A DNA stretch of 64,000 bases, taken from NCBI GenBank assembly GCA_963833425.1, contig CAWHXP010000015.1, positions 32,001 through 96,000 of the forward strand, given 5' to 3'. Shown here one piece after another: positions 33,806-47,368 of this stretch. The number at the start of each line of letters is the position of its first letter. The stretch's first letter is position 1. Below the pieces are notes generated by a model, which was not told where the DNA came from, ran no database searches, and was given only the letters and a program-made list of their open reading frames with translations. Made by a program: the position numbers and the translations under genes. This DNA comes from an uncultured Methanosarcinaceae archaeon. Its GTDB lineage: Archaea; Halobacteriota; Methanosarcinia; Methanosarcinales; Methanosarcinaceae.

Positions 33806-34486
33806 ATGAGGTGTATTATGAAAGCAATAGCGATAAACGGAAGTCCGAGAAAGAAATGGAACACAGCAACCCTTTTAGAAAAAACTCTTGAAGGTGCAGC
33901 CTCTGAGGGTGCAGAAACAGAAATAATTCATCTTTATGATCTCAATTTCAAAGGATGTATAAGTTGTTTTGCCTGTAAGCTAAAAGATGGAAAAAGCTAT
34001 GGAAAATGCGCAATGAATGATGAACTAACACCTGTACTGGAAAAGCTGAAAAATGCTGATGTAGTGATACTCGGATCACCCATCTACCTTGGAAATTCGA
34101 CTGGTGAGATGAGATCTTTCATGGAACGTTATATATTTCCATTTCTTGTTTATTCTGAGAATCCACGGTCATTATATCCGAGAAATACCCCTATAGGTTT
34201 CATATACACGACTGGTGCTAAGGAAGAAAATTTCGATTTATTTGGTCTTCATAAGACTATTGAATTAAATGAAGGGGTTGCAGCGAGAATTTTTGGGTAT
34301 TCTGAATCACTATATAGTACCGATACTTACCAATTCGATGATTATTCAAAGTATGTCGCGGATCGTTTTGATCCAGTAGAGAAAGCTAAAAGGCGGGAAA
34401 AAGTCTTCCCTAAGGACTGTGAGAAAGCCTTTGAGATGGGGATTAGGTTCGTAAAGCGACAAAAAGCTGCAGAAGAACATAAATAA
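33806..34486 (+). CDS. Flavodoxin family / iron-sulfur flavoprotein
   Basis: INGSPRKKWNT, GCISCFAC...C, GSPIY; likely start at 33818. Confidence 0.9.
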   Translation: MRCIMKAIAINGSPRKKWNTATLLEKTLEGAASEGAETEIIHLYDLNFKGCISCFACKLKDGKSYGKCAMNDELTPVLEKLKNADVVILGSPIYLGNSTGEMRSFMERYIFPFLVYSENPRSLYPRNTPIGFIYTTGAKEENFDLFGLHKTIELNEGVAARIFGYSESLYSTDTYQFDDYSKYVADRFDPVEKAKRREKVFPKDCEKAFEMGIRFVKRQKAAEEHK

Positions 34487-35256
34487 TACAAATTGTGAAG
34501 GAAAATGCCAGTAAATTTCTCCGATCTACCTGAATTTGATAGAAGCTCATTTATGCATTATAAAATTTGTACTTCTGTTAAGTTAGAGTTTCAACTACTG
34601 AATTTCCAATGCAAAACTGAACTCTCAAAACTTTTGACTATGTGTCCTTAGATTCATTCAATATTATATAGAAATAAACTTGTCAAATGAGGTCTCAAGT
34701 ATTCATTAAAAATTTTAGTCACAATTTCTACTAGTTCTTCAGAGTCATTGTCAAGAATACATTTCCGATAAACTTTTTAATTATTTTCTTATAATTTTAA
34801 ATAGTGACTCCAGATTCGTAAATTTCATTGATTACATCTTCATCAGGATCAATGAGTAGTGCAGCCTTTCTTGTAGTCAGATTTGTATATATTTTATAAG
34901 CCAGTTCTATATTTTCATAATTTCTCTGTAATTTGTATTTACATTTTAGGAGTTTAACATCAAATTCAAGCTCAACAGAATAAATTTTATTTTTATTCTT
35001 AAGTATATATATGAAAAGTACCGAATACTAAAACTAAAATTAAAAATAAAAAAATTATTTTTAAATTAAAATCTAAGAAGCTGGATTAAAAATTAAACTC
35101 TATTATTCTGTTATTTTTATTTAAGCATATAATTGCAAATTACTGTTATTTTTTTAAAAGAAAATCTCAATGAACAAATGTTATTTCGTATTATCAAATG
35201 CTAAATGAAAAACGAAGGCTATTCATTAAATGTAGGTCGAGATCGGATGAAAAAAT

Positions 35257-35530
35257 TTAATCATTTTGTGACTCTCTCTAACCTGAATAAACTTTGATAG
35301 AATTTCTTTTCGAATTTCATTGACATCTTTGAAGACTATCTCAATGTTTTCATTTTTATTCTCTGAAATTGTATTAATTTTCCTGTATTCGCGCCTACCA
35401 AATCTTCTGGGAATCGTCTATTCAAAATCCAAATGCAAAACTGGCTATTTCCAGATTCAGCAGCATCATCAAATCGCTGTAGATTTTTTAAAGCCCTATC
35501 AGCATCGTATTTGGATAGCCTGTATACTAG
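35257..35530 (-). pseudogene. 3' fragment paralogous to 38785-39224
   Basis: DAAESGNSQFCIWILNRRFPED / EYRKINTISENKNENIEI. Confidence 0.7.
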
Positions 35531-35836
35531 AACAATGAATAAGGGTCTCTTAGTCAGATTTGATTAAATAGGAGTTGAAGTAGTTTCAATAAATCTGTAA
35601 CAATTAGAATTGTAAAATAAACATTATTTAAACTATAAGTTATAAAATTTTGTCATTTATGTTTAATTCAAGACATAAATGCCGAATAAAATTATTCAGA
35701 AGTATAAATATAATTATATTTGCTGGAGAAAAATATATTTATGTTTTATATCGTTTTTTATAGGGCTAATAAGTCGATCTACTTTTGAAATTATAAAATA
35801 TTAGTTAGTGAAGTTCTGGTTTAAGATACCATTTAT

Positions 35837-36907
35837 TTAGGATATTATCTTATCCAGCTGATTCTTCTGCGCTGCAATTTTGATTTCCTGAGCTATTCTC
35901 CTTCCGGTTGAAAGGCTTTCTTGCATCAGGTCTGCATAAGGAGAGCCTGAAATATAAAGGTTTGTCCCAGCCACAATCCTGGCTGAAATTTCAAAAACCT
36001 TGATCTCAAGAGAATCAGTAAAAACTGTTTCAAGACAGAAGGCCCCTACCATCCCGCCAAAAAGATCAAGAGACTCTTCTACTACCCTTTCTCCAAGTGA
36101 AAAAATAAGAGGCAGAAGGGACTCTCTAACTACTAAGGGTACATTTCCTGTGACAACATATGTGGGACGAATGCCTGCTTCTATGAGTTCTCTGGGTGAG
36201 CCGAGTCTAAAGATTTCATCTGCATTAGACTCCACTCTGCGATCCATACTTAGGAGCTCAAGGATACCTTCGCTTAAGGCATATCCCTCGTTTCTGATCG
36301 GGGAATAAAAATAATGTAGGTAATAACGGGTCCCTGTGATAAATTCCTGAATTGTGAATTTTTGGGTTCGGTCTACGAGTTCATTGAATTCTTTATAGGT
36401 TTTTGCGACGAAAAAACCCTTTCCCCCTTTTGCTCCGTGGTACTTAACCATCACAGGCCCATTGATATCACGAGGATCTTCTATTTTTTCGGGCATGTGA
36501 ATACCTGCTCCAAGCAACCACTCACGTTCTTTATCTCTGTCAGATTCCCATTCGAGCACAGCTCTGTTTCCAAAAGTAGGAACTTCCAAATCTGCAAAAT
36601 TTTTCGTGCCCAGGTAAGCAACGAATGAGCCGTGTGGAATTATAATAGTGTTCTTCTTTCTAAGTTCTTCAGCCTTGGTCATTATATGTTCATACCTATC
36701 AACGATAAGGTACTCATCGGGTTTTGCCTTTGGAAATGCATCATAGAATTTAGGAGGTTTACCAACGCAGATTCCAAGAGTTCTGAATCCTTCTTTTCTC
36801 GCTCCGTCAAAGATTTGTAGGCTTGAGTGAGAACAGACTGTTGCGATAGCAATATTTTTTAAGTCATATTTTTTCAGAAATTCAAAAACCTGCGGTTTTG
36901 TGATCAT
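35837..36907 (-). CDS. purP: 5-formaminoimidazole-4-carboxamide ribonucleotide synthetase (ATP-grasp)
   Basis: CSHSSLQI, IPHGSFVAY, GAKGGKGFF, VFEISARIVAGTN. Confidence 0.95.
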   Translation of the reverse strand: MITKPQVFEFLKKYDLKNIAIATVCSHSSLQIFDGARKEGFRTLGICVGKPPKFYDAFPKAKPDEYLIVDRYEHIMTKAEELRKKNTIIIPHGSFVAYLGTKNFADLEVPTFGNRAVLEWESDRDKEREWLLGAGIHMPEKIEDPRDINGPVMVKYHGAKGGKGFFVAKTYKEFNELVDRTQKFTIQEFITGTRYYLHYFYSPIRNEGYALSEGILELLSMDRRVESNADEIFRLGSPRELIEAGIRPTYVVTGNVPLVVRESLLPLIFSLGERVVEESLDLFGGMVGAFCLETVFTDSLEIKVFEISARIVAGTNLYISGSPYADLMQESLSTGRRIAQEIKIAAQKNQLDKIIS

Positions 36908-37390
36908 GATTATTACCAGCGAAAAATTTAGACTAGAATGTACAATGTTATATTTAACATTAAGGTTTAATTTTACATAAATATATAACAGTGTGCATAT
37001 ATTAACCCATAATAAATCAAAGTTGTGGTTGCACACCCACTAGCAAACAACGGGGTATTTTAGTAGTACATAAATGGATTGAAATGAATTATTCAAAATC
37101 AAATATTTTAATTTGCCTTATACTCATTTTTCTTCTTTGTTTCCTGATTTTCAGTATAGTTTTTAATGATTCAGAAGTTGTGCCGTCATAAACACTTCCA
37201 ATGTAACTCAATCACTCCACAGTTTCTGTCTATCCTAAAAGACTCGATCACGCCGTAGAGATTCATGGATTTCGTGATTCTCTATCTCTTCACCCTGCAG
37301 TCGGTTCCTTTTTGGATGTATTTATATAGTATTTCTGATGATGTAAGAGAAGTTTATTAAATAAAAAAAGCCAAATAATCGGAGATTGGT

Positions 37391-38200
37391 ATGAGGGTCG
37401 CTTTAAAGCTTGCATACATAGGCACTGAATTTCACGGCTCCCAGATCCAGCCCAATGTCGTGACAGTAGAAGGAGAACTCTTCAAAGCACTTCGTAATTT
37501 AGGAATCATAGAAAGCCATAAGTATGCTAATTATACCTGCGCCGGCAGGACGGATGCAGGAGTTAATGCCTTCGAACAGATCGTATCTTTTGATACTGAC
37601 AAAACAAATCTAGCAATTCCCAGGGTCATAAACTCCGAACTTCCCCCAACAATCTGGGCCTGGGCTCACGCGGAGGTACCTAACCACTTTGACGCTAGAA
37701 GAGACGCGATTTCAAGACACTATCGCTATATAATTAGTGGGGAAGGATACAATATTTCAAAGATCCGTGAGGCTTCAAAATTACTGGTCGGAAGACATGA
37801 TTTTGAGAACTTTTCAAAAATCAGTGGAGAAAAGAGCACAATTCGCACCTTGTTAAGGATTGATGCTCGCGTAGACGGGGATGTTACAAAAATCGATGTT
37901 ATTGGAAATAGTTTCCTTTGGAACATGGTCAGGAAAATAGTAACTGCACTTTCAATGATCGGAAAAGGTTTACGTGATAATGACTGGCTGCTCCAGATGC
38001 TAAACCCTGATATTTATGAAGAAGGAATTGAACCTGCTCCTGCCTGTGGTCTAACCCTGATGAAAATAAATTACGAAAAAAAAATAGATTGGATCGAAGA
38101 TAATTATTCTATCACAAGAGCTGGTTTGCAAAACAAGAAGCTTATTATCAAACATAGAGTTATTGCTGAGGTGCTGGATGAACTGATTTCCCATGAATAA
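37391..38200 (+). CDS. truA: tRNA pseudouridine(38-40) synthase
   Basis: AYIGTEFHGSQ, AGRTDAGV, SFLWNMVR. Confidence 0.97.
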   Translation: MRVALKLAYIGTEFHGSQIQPNVVTVEGELFKALRNLGIIESHKYANYTCAGRTDAGVNAFEQIVSFDTDKTNLAIPRVINSELPPTIWAWAHAEVPNHFDARRDAISRHYRYIISGEGYNISKIREASKLLVGRHDFENFSKISGEKSTIRTLLRIDARVDGDVTKIDVIGNSFLWNMVRKIVTALSMIGKGLRDNDWLLQMLNPDIYEEGIEPAPACGLTLMKINYEKKIDWIEDNYSITRAGLQNKKLIIKHRVIAEVLDELISHE

Positions 38201-38784
38201 GAAATGTCTTTTAAGTGACATACACTTAATGTTCAATGCACCGTTCATTTTCAATCGCTTAGTTTTACCTAATATAAACTATAGTTAATTAAAGTTTTCA
38301 ATATTTCACTCATAAAACATCAAGGCATTTAATATTTAGGCCTTTCCATACGATTCTTGGCCATCTTCCAAATAGGTAATGGCTACTTAAATCAACAGGG
38401 GATATGGCACTGATACGCGCATAGTAAGGTTCTTATTCGATGGCATTGGAGAAGCTAGCCATCATAAAATCGTTCTTAGAGTCGCTAAACTAATTGTGTT
38501 TGGTAAGGGCGATTTGATGAACTCAATGCCATAATGAAACATTGAAAATGGATTTAGCCCAAGCACGTCAGGATAAAGATGACATTAAAAAGACGTTTGA
38601 TAATTACATTATACAAGTTCAAATCCCTATTAATCAAAAAGCAGTTGAAGCTCAGGAGCAAAAAAGCCAAGGTGTCGATTTTTGTAATATTTGCTACAAT
38701 TATGCTACATAACAGAATGTGAAAGGAAAAATTTTCTAATAAAAGTAAATAGAGTTTTAATAAAAAAATTTAAACATTTTTTGG

Positions 38785-39224
38785 TTAATTTTCTTCTTTA
38801 ATCAATCCAAACTTTTCTAATATCTGTTGCCTTATTTTGTCCGGGTCGTTGATAATTATCTCAATGTTCTCATTTTTATTCTCGGAAACAGTATTAATTC
38901 TCCTGTATTCATGCCTTCCAAAGTCAGCAGGGAACCTTCGTTCCAAAATCCACATACAAACCTGGCAATTTCCTGAATCAGCTGCTTCTTTCAGGCGTTG
39001 TAGACACTTAAGGGCTCCTTCTGCATTGCATTTTTTGATATGTTTATAGAACCTAAAATCTCTCCAGATCTTGAATTTTTGCCTTTATTCATCCAATCAT
39101 TGAACGTTTGATACGTTATCCCTGCGGACGCTGCTGCAAGGGCATAAGTAAGCCCCAATGCAACGTTCTCACCAATTAGCTGTTGAATTTCATAGTTTAA
39201 TTTTGAAGGTCGTGCCATTTTCAT
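38785..39224 (-). pseudogene. HTH protein resembling phage terminase small subunits, frameshifted near 39060
   Basis: MARPSKL...AAASAGITYQTFNDWMNKG, then off-frame CMWILERRFPADFGR. Confidence 0.6.
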
Positions 39225-39931
39225 CCCGTTTTTAATTTCTTTAATAAATATAATTGAGTGTCATGCTTAATATTTTTTTACTTTTCTTATCTATGGAACC
39301 TACTACGAACTCACAAATTGAATGAGTATTATGAGCTTTGAACTGCTTATAGCTTTGACAAATCCCACTAATGACGCTTTTCACAGGAATGAGCATGGGG
39401 CGATTCTAGGGGCTTTCAGGACTCGGGTAATGATATAGCATGTCTAACATCAAAAAAACTAAACTAAAGGACCCAGGATCAGCCAGGTCGATACTCTCTT
39501 TAAGAAAAATTAGGGACAAGGTTCACAATATAGTCCAAACTATGAAAAAAGTGAGTGAAATCTTATTTTGATTTAAGAATATGAGTAATCCATTATTTTT
39601 GATACTCTTAGTAAACAAACGCTATTGATACCGATTTAGTGAATATTAGTAAGTCGAATAGTCATCCTTTAACCTATTCACTTTCGAAATCCTAAGTGAG
39701 TTCATGATAGTGTTAATAATAATTTTTATTACTTTATTAATATAATTATTTTTTATGTTTTTAGCCTTCTTTTTGTTAGACATTACTTCAAATCGAAAAA
39801 AGAGATACATTATATAAAAAAAATGACCAGATAACTTAAAATCTAAAAGTTGCCATATCCAGATTTTTCATGATTTTGAGACTATAATTCTTACCTTTAT
39901 GTGCCATTCTCCAGTATAGATTCACTAGTTA

Positions 39932-40040
39932 CCATGAACAATAAGGTTCTGCGTAGCGGGGGTCAGATTGATATTCTGTACGCGCTGAAGTTAGTTTGAC
40001 GGTTAACCACACGAACTACACAGAACCGTATTGTTCCACG
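39932..40040. repeat. Long imperfect inverted repeat / possible mini-MITE
   Basis: gaacaataaggttctgcgtag ... ctacacagaaccgtattgttc (21 bp, 2 mismatches). Confidence 0.7.
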
Positions 40041-40349
40041 GAAAATGGGGGATCTATATAGACAAAGGTTAATATATATGAGAAAATTTTACCAAAAATA
40101 GTTATGGTTTTAAAAATTTGCTTTTGTATAATAAGTGTAAACCTTACAGTTAAGAAAGTTAATAGATCTAAACATCAGGAAAATGGTATACATAGGTAAG
40201 AATTCTAACATCAAATTGAAGAAATAATATAACAGACAGAAACTAAGCCTCTGGCAATCGGCACTCAATTCTTCCAAGAGAAGAAAAGATTGAAGAGATT
40301 GCATACTATAGATTTGGTTTTGAATTTTTAGTCAATGTGAGGTAACTTT

Positions 40350-41390
<1,041 letters not shown>

Positions 41391-41958
41391 TCGTAGCATA
41401 AACGTCTTCAAGGCTTGAAGATCTTCAAAAAATTAAAAGTAAAATAAACTGACCCAAAAGTTCAATTATTCCCCCACAAGCCTTTTAAATTTTTATTGTA
41501 ACTTTTGAGCTCTTCTCTGCCCGCCTTTCAGCAGTAATTATCCCTAAGCTTACTAATTCATGGAGAGCCCTAATGAAATTGCTCATACTTGAGTTTGTAT
41601 TCCAAGTGCGAATTGATTTTAAAGAGAAATCAGTTAAAACTTGCTGATAGAAGAAGGGGGGATTCGATCAAAATGATTAACTTACGTGAAATTAGTTTGA
41701 AGATTGAATTACTGTATCACACAATTTCCCCGGTCAAATAGTAAAAAATGTATCCTATACTTTGGTATCCTGCGACAGACTAGCTCCATAATGATTGAGA
41801 TTTTTAGATACTGAGTATTAAGTTTTATTGAAGAATTCATTCTTTCTGCAAATTCAGCAGTTCAATCCAAAAAAATACAAAAATAGTTATATTTTGAACC
41901 AGATTCGAGATCGTATCATCTAAAATCTGGTTATACTTGTCAGGTCAATATTCCAAAG

Positions 41959-42757
41959 TTAGGTACTCCAGATTCCCTGCAAGAGCTGCTCCATTACTTT
42001 GTCGAGGGTAAATGTTGCAGATTTCTGGCGAGGAGGAAATTCCTTGAAGGTTGCCAAAAAATCGCCTAGAATGCTCTGTGCTGGCACCATCATGAAAGCG
42101 TGATCGATTAACCAGTCGTAATAGGTATTAGAGGTCTGATCTGCTCGTTCATAGGGATCGGTGCGTAGGTTAAATATTTTTGGTACGCGTAGATGGACAA
42201 AAGGTTCAGCCCAAACCAGTAGCGTACCTCTGGCGCGCTGCTCCATAAAGACGAGCTTCCAGTTATCATACCGTACAGCTACAAGATCTCCATCATCGGA
42301 AAAGTAAAAAAACTCGATACGTGGGGATTTATTCTCTTTCCCAATTAGATATGGTAGCAGGTTATAGCCATCAAGATGCACCTTGAAATTCTTGTCTCCT
42401 GCTTTGTAACCTTTTTTAAGTTTTTCCTTAATATCCGGTTTTCCTGCAGCTGCAAGCAAAGTAGGTAGCCAGTCAAGTAAACTCACCATCTCGTTAGAAA
42501 TCGTACCTGCCGGAATCTTCCCTGGCCAGCGCACTACCTCAGGAATTCGGAAAGCTCCTTCCCAACATGAATTCTTTTCGTTGCGGAATGGGGGTCATAC
42601 CTCCATCAGGCCAGGAGTTCATGTGTGGCCCATTATCTGTGCTGTAGACTACGATGGTGTCTTTTGCAATGCCAAGTTCGTCTAGTAAATTAAGTAACAT
42701 ACCTATCTGTTGATCGTGCTCAATCATAGCATCATGGTATTCCGACTGCCAGCGCCC
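41959..42757 (-). pseudogene. Arylsulfatase 3' half, frameshifted
   Basis: YSTDNGP, RWPGKIPAG, DWLPTL, HLDGYN, FNLRTDPYE. Confidence 0.9.
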
Positions 42758-43252
42758 ACAGCAGCAGGCGGGCTTCCACATTTACGGGGGAAGCGCCCGC
42801 TATCCATAAAGGCGTCGTGGCGATCACCCAGAGAAGCGTCCGGAAGTAGTGGTCTCGGAACACAGCATTTGTTGAATTTACGAGCGTCCATACAGTGCGC
42901 TCCAGTTGGATCAGTAGCAAGGGAATGACGAAGGCCCAGCCGGAGGTGGTGAAGGCCATGGTCACCGAAGCGTTCATGAACAGGCTCAGCAGCATCACCC
43001 CCAGAACCAACCAGCGGGTCCGAGATTGATCGGCTCGGATCATGGTAGCCGACCAGCTTGTAGTAAGCCATACCGTGAATATAGCCAACATCATCACCAG
43101 CGTCTAAGCCGCACCATGCCATGAGAGGTGAGTCAATAGATAAAGTGTGAGAGCTGCGATACTGCGAACACGAACACGAGGTCGAAGAACAGCTCCAATG
43201 GATTGACCTCATATTTTTGTTCAGGGATGATGTGAATGGGATGAGCAGTCAT
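42739..43252 (-). pseudogene. LtrA (low temperature requirement A) family 5' part
   Basis: PLELFFDLVFVFAVSQLSH signature, hydrophobic helices, ends at LLLWALAVGI. Confidence 0.85.
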
Positions 43253-43454
43253 ATATCTTCACTTGCTTAGTGCAAAAATCATTTTACAAATCATTAGCTG
43301 TTTCCCGGTACGTCTACTTGTCCAAAACCACTCGAATCGGTACTCCAGTTAGGCAACTAGCAGCGTGAACGACTCGGCATATCTGGGCGATTCAAAGGGG
43401 CTGGCATCCACAGGATCGGAAAGCACATCGCTAATCCGCCCGGAGACCAGTTTA

Positions 43455-44580
43455 TGCTTGGAGTAGAAGAAGGGGACAACCCGAAAATAGAGCATTCTAA
43501 GGACGCATAATCAGGCTGACATCGAATGCGATATGTGAAAGCGATATTCACATGTACGAGGGAAGAACTCCCATAAATCCCGGAAGGATTTTAGGCCATG
43601 AGCCCCTAGGAGTAGTTGAAAAAACAGACGACGGGATTGAATCGATAAATGAAGGCGATAGAGTCGTTATGACCTTTAATGTCGCCTGTGGTTATTGCTA
43701 TAACTGCATGAGAGGGGTATAACTATGCATGTTTGAACGGTGGCAATTTGGGTTATGTTGGGCCTTTTGCTGGCGCTCAGGCAGAATACATCCGCATTCC
43801 ATTTGCGGATTTTAATTGCATAAAGCTTCCTGGGTCTCCAGGAGATAAATGGGAAAATGATTTTGTATTGCTTGCAGATATCTTTCCAACAGGATTTCAT
43901 GCGACTGAGCTGGCCATGGTGAAGCCTGGAATGAATGTTGCCATTTTCGGTGCCGGTCCAGTCGGTCTGCTTTCGGCCTACAGCGCAATTTTGAAGGGCG
44001 CAAACCAGGTATATGTGGTGGATTATATCCCTGAACGTCTTAAGAAAGCCAAGCAGATTGGCGCTATTCCAATTGATTTCACAAGGGGAGATCCCGTAGA
44101 TCAAATCATGGCTATAAAGGCAAAAAATCCAGCAAATCTTCTAGGTAAGGAGAAGATGTCAGGCGTCATGTGCGGAATAGATGCAGTGGGCTATCAGGCG
44201 AGGGATAGAAAGAACCCTAAAATTGAGAATCCAACGCAGGTTCTAGAAGACCTTGCGAGGCTTGTCAATCCAACAGGCCATCTTGGAATGATAGGAGTAT
44301 ATGAGGCGGAGGATCCCGAGGCGCCAACAGAGGATAGAAAGCAGGGTAGGTTCACGATACCCTGGGGACTATATGGGGCAAAGGCCTCACTATTGGAACT
44401 GGCGCAACCTCAGTCAAGAAGATTGCCTTAAAGCTTCTGGACCTTATAATTGATGAAAAGGCTAAGCCTAGCTTTATTGTGAGCCATAGAATACCTATTG
44501 AGGAGACGCCAGATGCTTACAAGAAGTTCGCTGAAAGATATGATGGGTATACGAAGGTGGTAATAAAGTTCGGGGAATAA
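43455..44580 (+). pseudogene. Zn-dependent alcohol / glutathione-independent formaldehyde dehydrogenase
   Basis: ICESDIHMYEGR, LGHEPLG, CGYCYNC, LADIFPTG, GAGPVG, DAVG; several frameshifts. Confidence 0.9.
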
Positions 44581-44907
44581 TCAGGGTAACTTCCTGGCAT
44601 ATTTTCGTAATCCTTTTTCTATTTTCTTATCCCAGCATTCATTCATCGATTACCCAGTTATATTTATATTTTTTTTAAGAATAATGCCCAAAGTATCAAT
44701 CCTGTTCGTATGTACCGTATATGACCGTTCACACTATTTATGCAAAGGACTGAAAAAGTCGCTATTGTTGATGGGCAAAGCATATCGCCATTTACAATAT
44801 ACCGAAATATGTAGATCAGGCTGTAACCAAGTTAACAGAGTTTTTTGGTAAAAATTTTTAACAATCAAGAAAGTAATTTCATGAAAAAATTTGAAGGAGA
44901 ATAAAAC

Positions 44908-45345
44908 ATGAATAAATCAAATAATTTAAATGAAAGTGTAATTTTCCCAAAAGGCGAAAAAATTACGAATGATTATTTCATAGGGACAGCATGGCTTGAA
45001 ATGCTGGTTTCTAATGACAGCATCTTTAATTGTCCGATAGGTAATATAACTTTTGAACCAGGCGCAAGAAATAATTGGCATAAACATCCTGGTGGGCAGA
45101 TTCTGCTTGTTACCGGCGGCAAAGGATATTTTCAGGAAGAAGGCAAGCCTGTAAAGGTGATTCAGGAAGGAGACGTAGTAAAAATCCATCCAAATGTGAA
45201 ACATTGGCATGGTGCTAAACCGGATAGCTGGTTTGTACATATCGCGATAAGTACTAATCCCCAAAAGGGAGACGCTGAGTGGCTGGAACCAATAACGGAT
45301 GAAGAATATATCGCTTTGAAAGAGAATGGAAACAATAATTTATGA
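44908..45345 (+). CDS. Cupin domain protein
   Basis: TFEPGARNNWHKHPGGQIL, VKHWHGA. Confidence 0.9.
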   Translation: MNKSNNLNESVIFPKGEKITNDYFIGTAWLEMLVSNDSIFNCPIGNITFEPGARNNWHKHPGGQILLVTGGKGYFQEEGKPVKVIQEGDVVKIHPNVKHWHGAKPDSWFVHIAISTNPQKGDAEWLEPITDEEYIALKENGNNNL

Positions 45346-45385
45346 AATATTGTATTTTCCTGAGTAAGAATAATTATTATTTAAA

Positions 45386-45967
45386 ATGTTCGGCAACGAA
45401 TACGCAAAAAAAAGCGAGGAACAAGAAATGATGAATTTAAAAGAAAAGAAATGTCTGATAGCCTATTATTCACGTGAGGGGAATAACTATGTTAGTGGAA
45501 GGATTGTTAATTTGCCAATCGGTAATACAAAAGTAGTAGTAAAGATGATTCAGGAAATGACAGAAGGCGATGTTTTCCGTATTGATACAGTAAAGTCTTA
45601 TCCTGAGGATTATACCGAAACCACCAACGTGGCAAAAAAAGAACAGCATGACAATGCCAGACCTAAGCTTTCCAGCCATGTAGAAAATATGGATTCTTAT
45701 AATGTGATATTCATTGGCTATCCGATTTGGTTTGGCACAATACCAATGGGAGTATTTACATTTTTTGAAGAGTATGATTTTTCCGGAAAAACCATTGTAC
45801 CTTTTTGCACGCACGAAGGTAGCGAATTGGGCCGAAGTGAAAGGGACATAAAGAAACTTTGTCCAAACTCCGGTGTTCTTAAAGGCTTGGCAATCAGAGG
45901 CAGCGATGTAAAAAATGCGCAGAATGAGGTATCCAAGTGGCTGCATGAACTTGAAATGACAGGATAA
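45386..45967 (+). CDS. Flavodoxin
   Basis: AYYSREG, GNT, IGYPIW, PFCTHEGS; likely start at 45428. Confidence 0.9.
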   Translation: MFGNEYAKKSEEQEMMNLKEKKCLIAYYSREGNNYVSGRIVNLPIGNTKVVVKMIQEMTEGDVFRIDTVKSYPEDYTETTNVAKKEQHDNARPKLSSHVENMDSYNVIFIGYPIWFGTIPMGVFTFFEEYDFSGKTIVPFCTHEGSELGRSERDIKKLCPNSGVLKGLAIRGSDVKNAQNEVSKWLHELEMTG

Positions 45968-45971
45968 AAAT

Positions 45972-46491
45972 TTGTTGACAATCAAAACACTAGGAAAGGC
46001 GGAAACTCCGACATGTTGTGCGATCAGTTTATGCTTGGAGCAAAAGAAGCAGGCTATCAAGCAGAGATTTTTTTTAAGAGATAAAAATATCAATTATTGC
46101 CTGCGCTGTCTTGCTTGCCAGAGTAATGGTGGCAGTTGTGCACAGAGAGATGATATGGATGAAATCTTGGATAAAATGATTGAAGCAGACGTTCTTGTAA
46201 TGGTAACTCTTGTGTATTTTATTGTAAGAGTGCACAGATGAAGACATTAATTGACATAACTTGTCCAAGATATACATCCATTAATGACAAAAATTCTATC
46301 TAATTGCAACTACTAATGACAGCAGCAAAAATGAAATGAGTGAGAAGATTGCAGGTTTCAGGGAATTTCTGCGTTGCCTTTATAATGCAGAAGAATCAGG
46401 CACCATTTATGGTATCGGAGTATATGACATAGGAGATATTAAAGGACATCCTGCAATGAAGCAGGCTTATGAAATTGAAAAGAATGCATAA
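45972..46491 (+). pseudogene. Flavodoxin-family Fe-S flavoprotein, multiple frameshifts
   Basis: CLRCLAC...CAQRDDM, ADVLVMVTLVYF; tail YGIGVYDIGDIKGHPAMKQAYE. Confidence 0.75.
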
Positions 46492-46522
46492 GCTTTAAAC
46501 TGCATAACAGAAGGGATAAAAT

Positions 46523-47368
46523 ATGACACCGAAAAATAATCAAGTATGGTTTATTACAGGAGCAAACAAGGGTCTGGGCTCTGCAATCGCCAAAGAAGCT
46601 TTAGACAGAGGATACAAGGTTGTCGCTACGGCACGTAAACCAGAAGGAATAGAAAAAACTCTTGGTAACTCTCCAAACCTGCTGACCCTCAAGCTTGACA
46701 TAACAAATAATGAACAGGTGCAGTCATCTGTTGATGCCGCTTTGGAACGGTTTGGACGTGTTGATGTGCTGGTCAACAGTGCAGGATACGGGTTACTCGG
46801 ATACTTTGAGGAAATATCTGAAAAGCTGATCCGCCAACATATAGAGACCAATATTTTGGGGACAATGAAAATTACCCGCGCTGTGCTGCCGTTCATGCGC
46901 AAGCAGCGTTCAGGCTGGATAATCGTTATTAGTTCCACTTCGGGAATCAGAGCTGTTGAAGGCAACTCCGTGTACAGTGCCTCCAAATTTGCACTGGAAG
47001 GCTGGACTGAAGGCATGAGCACTGACCTTAAACCATTTGGGATCCGGTGCATGATTGTTGAGCCAGGCGCATTCCGTACAGAGTTTTTCAATGAAAAGAC
47101 ATCCCTCATTATCTCAGATATAGAGATTGACAACTATAAAGATAGACGTGAAATTTTACATGATAACGCAGTTTTATGGCATCAGAAACAACCAGGTGAC
47201 CCCGCAAAACTCGCCAAGGCACTGATGACGGCATTAAATGCTCCCAATCCACCTCTGCGCTTGTTAGTTGGCAATGCCGCCGTGGACTCCATTGACAAGT
47301 ATCTCAAGGAGCGCCGCTCCGAGTTTGAAATCTGGCGTGAAGTCTCAGCTAACACTGATTTTGATTAA
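46523..47368 (+). CDS. SDR family oxidoreductase
   Basis: TGANKGLG, VNSAG, YSASK, VEPG. Confidence 0.92.
   Translation: MTPKNNQVWFITGANKGLGSAIAKEALDRGYKVVATARKPEGIEKTLGNSPNLLTLKLDITNNEQVQSSVDAALERFGRVDVLVNSAGYGLLGYFEEISEKLIRQHIETNILGTMKITRAVLPFMRKQRSGWIIVISSTSGIRAVEGNSVYSASKFALEGWTEGMSTDLKPFGIRCMIVEPGAFRTEFFNEKTSLIISDIEIDNYKDRREILHDNAVLWHQKQPGDPAKLAKALMTALNAPNPPLRLLVGNAAVDSIDKYLKERRSEFEIWREVSANTDFD

Noticed and set aside
34560..35000. Decayed coding-like sequence (a similar stretch lies at 38330-38700)
   Set aside because: Broken frames with no recognisable family; cannot support a call.
45470..47133. Long antisense ORFs (207 aa and 197 aa)
   Set aside because: They overlap well-supported flavodoxin and SDR genes on the opposite strand.
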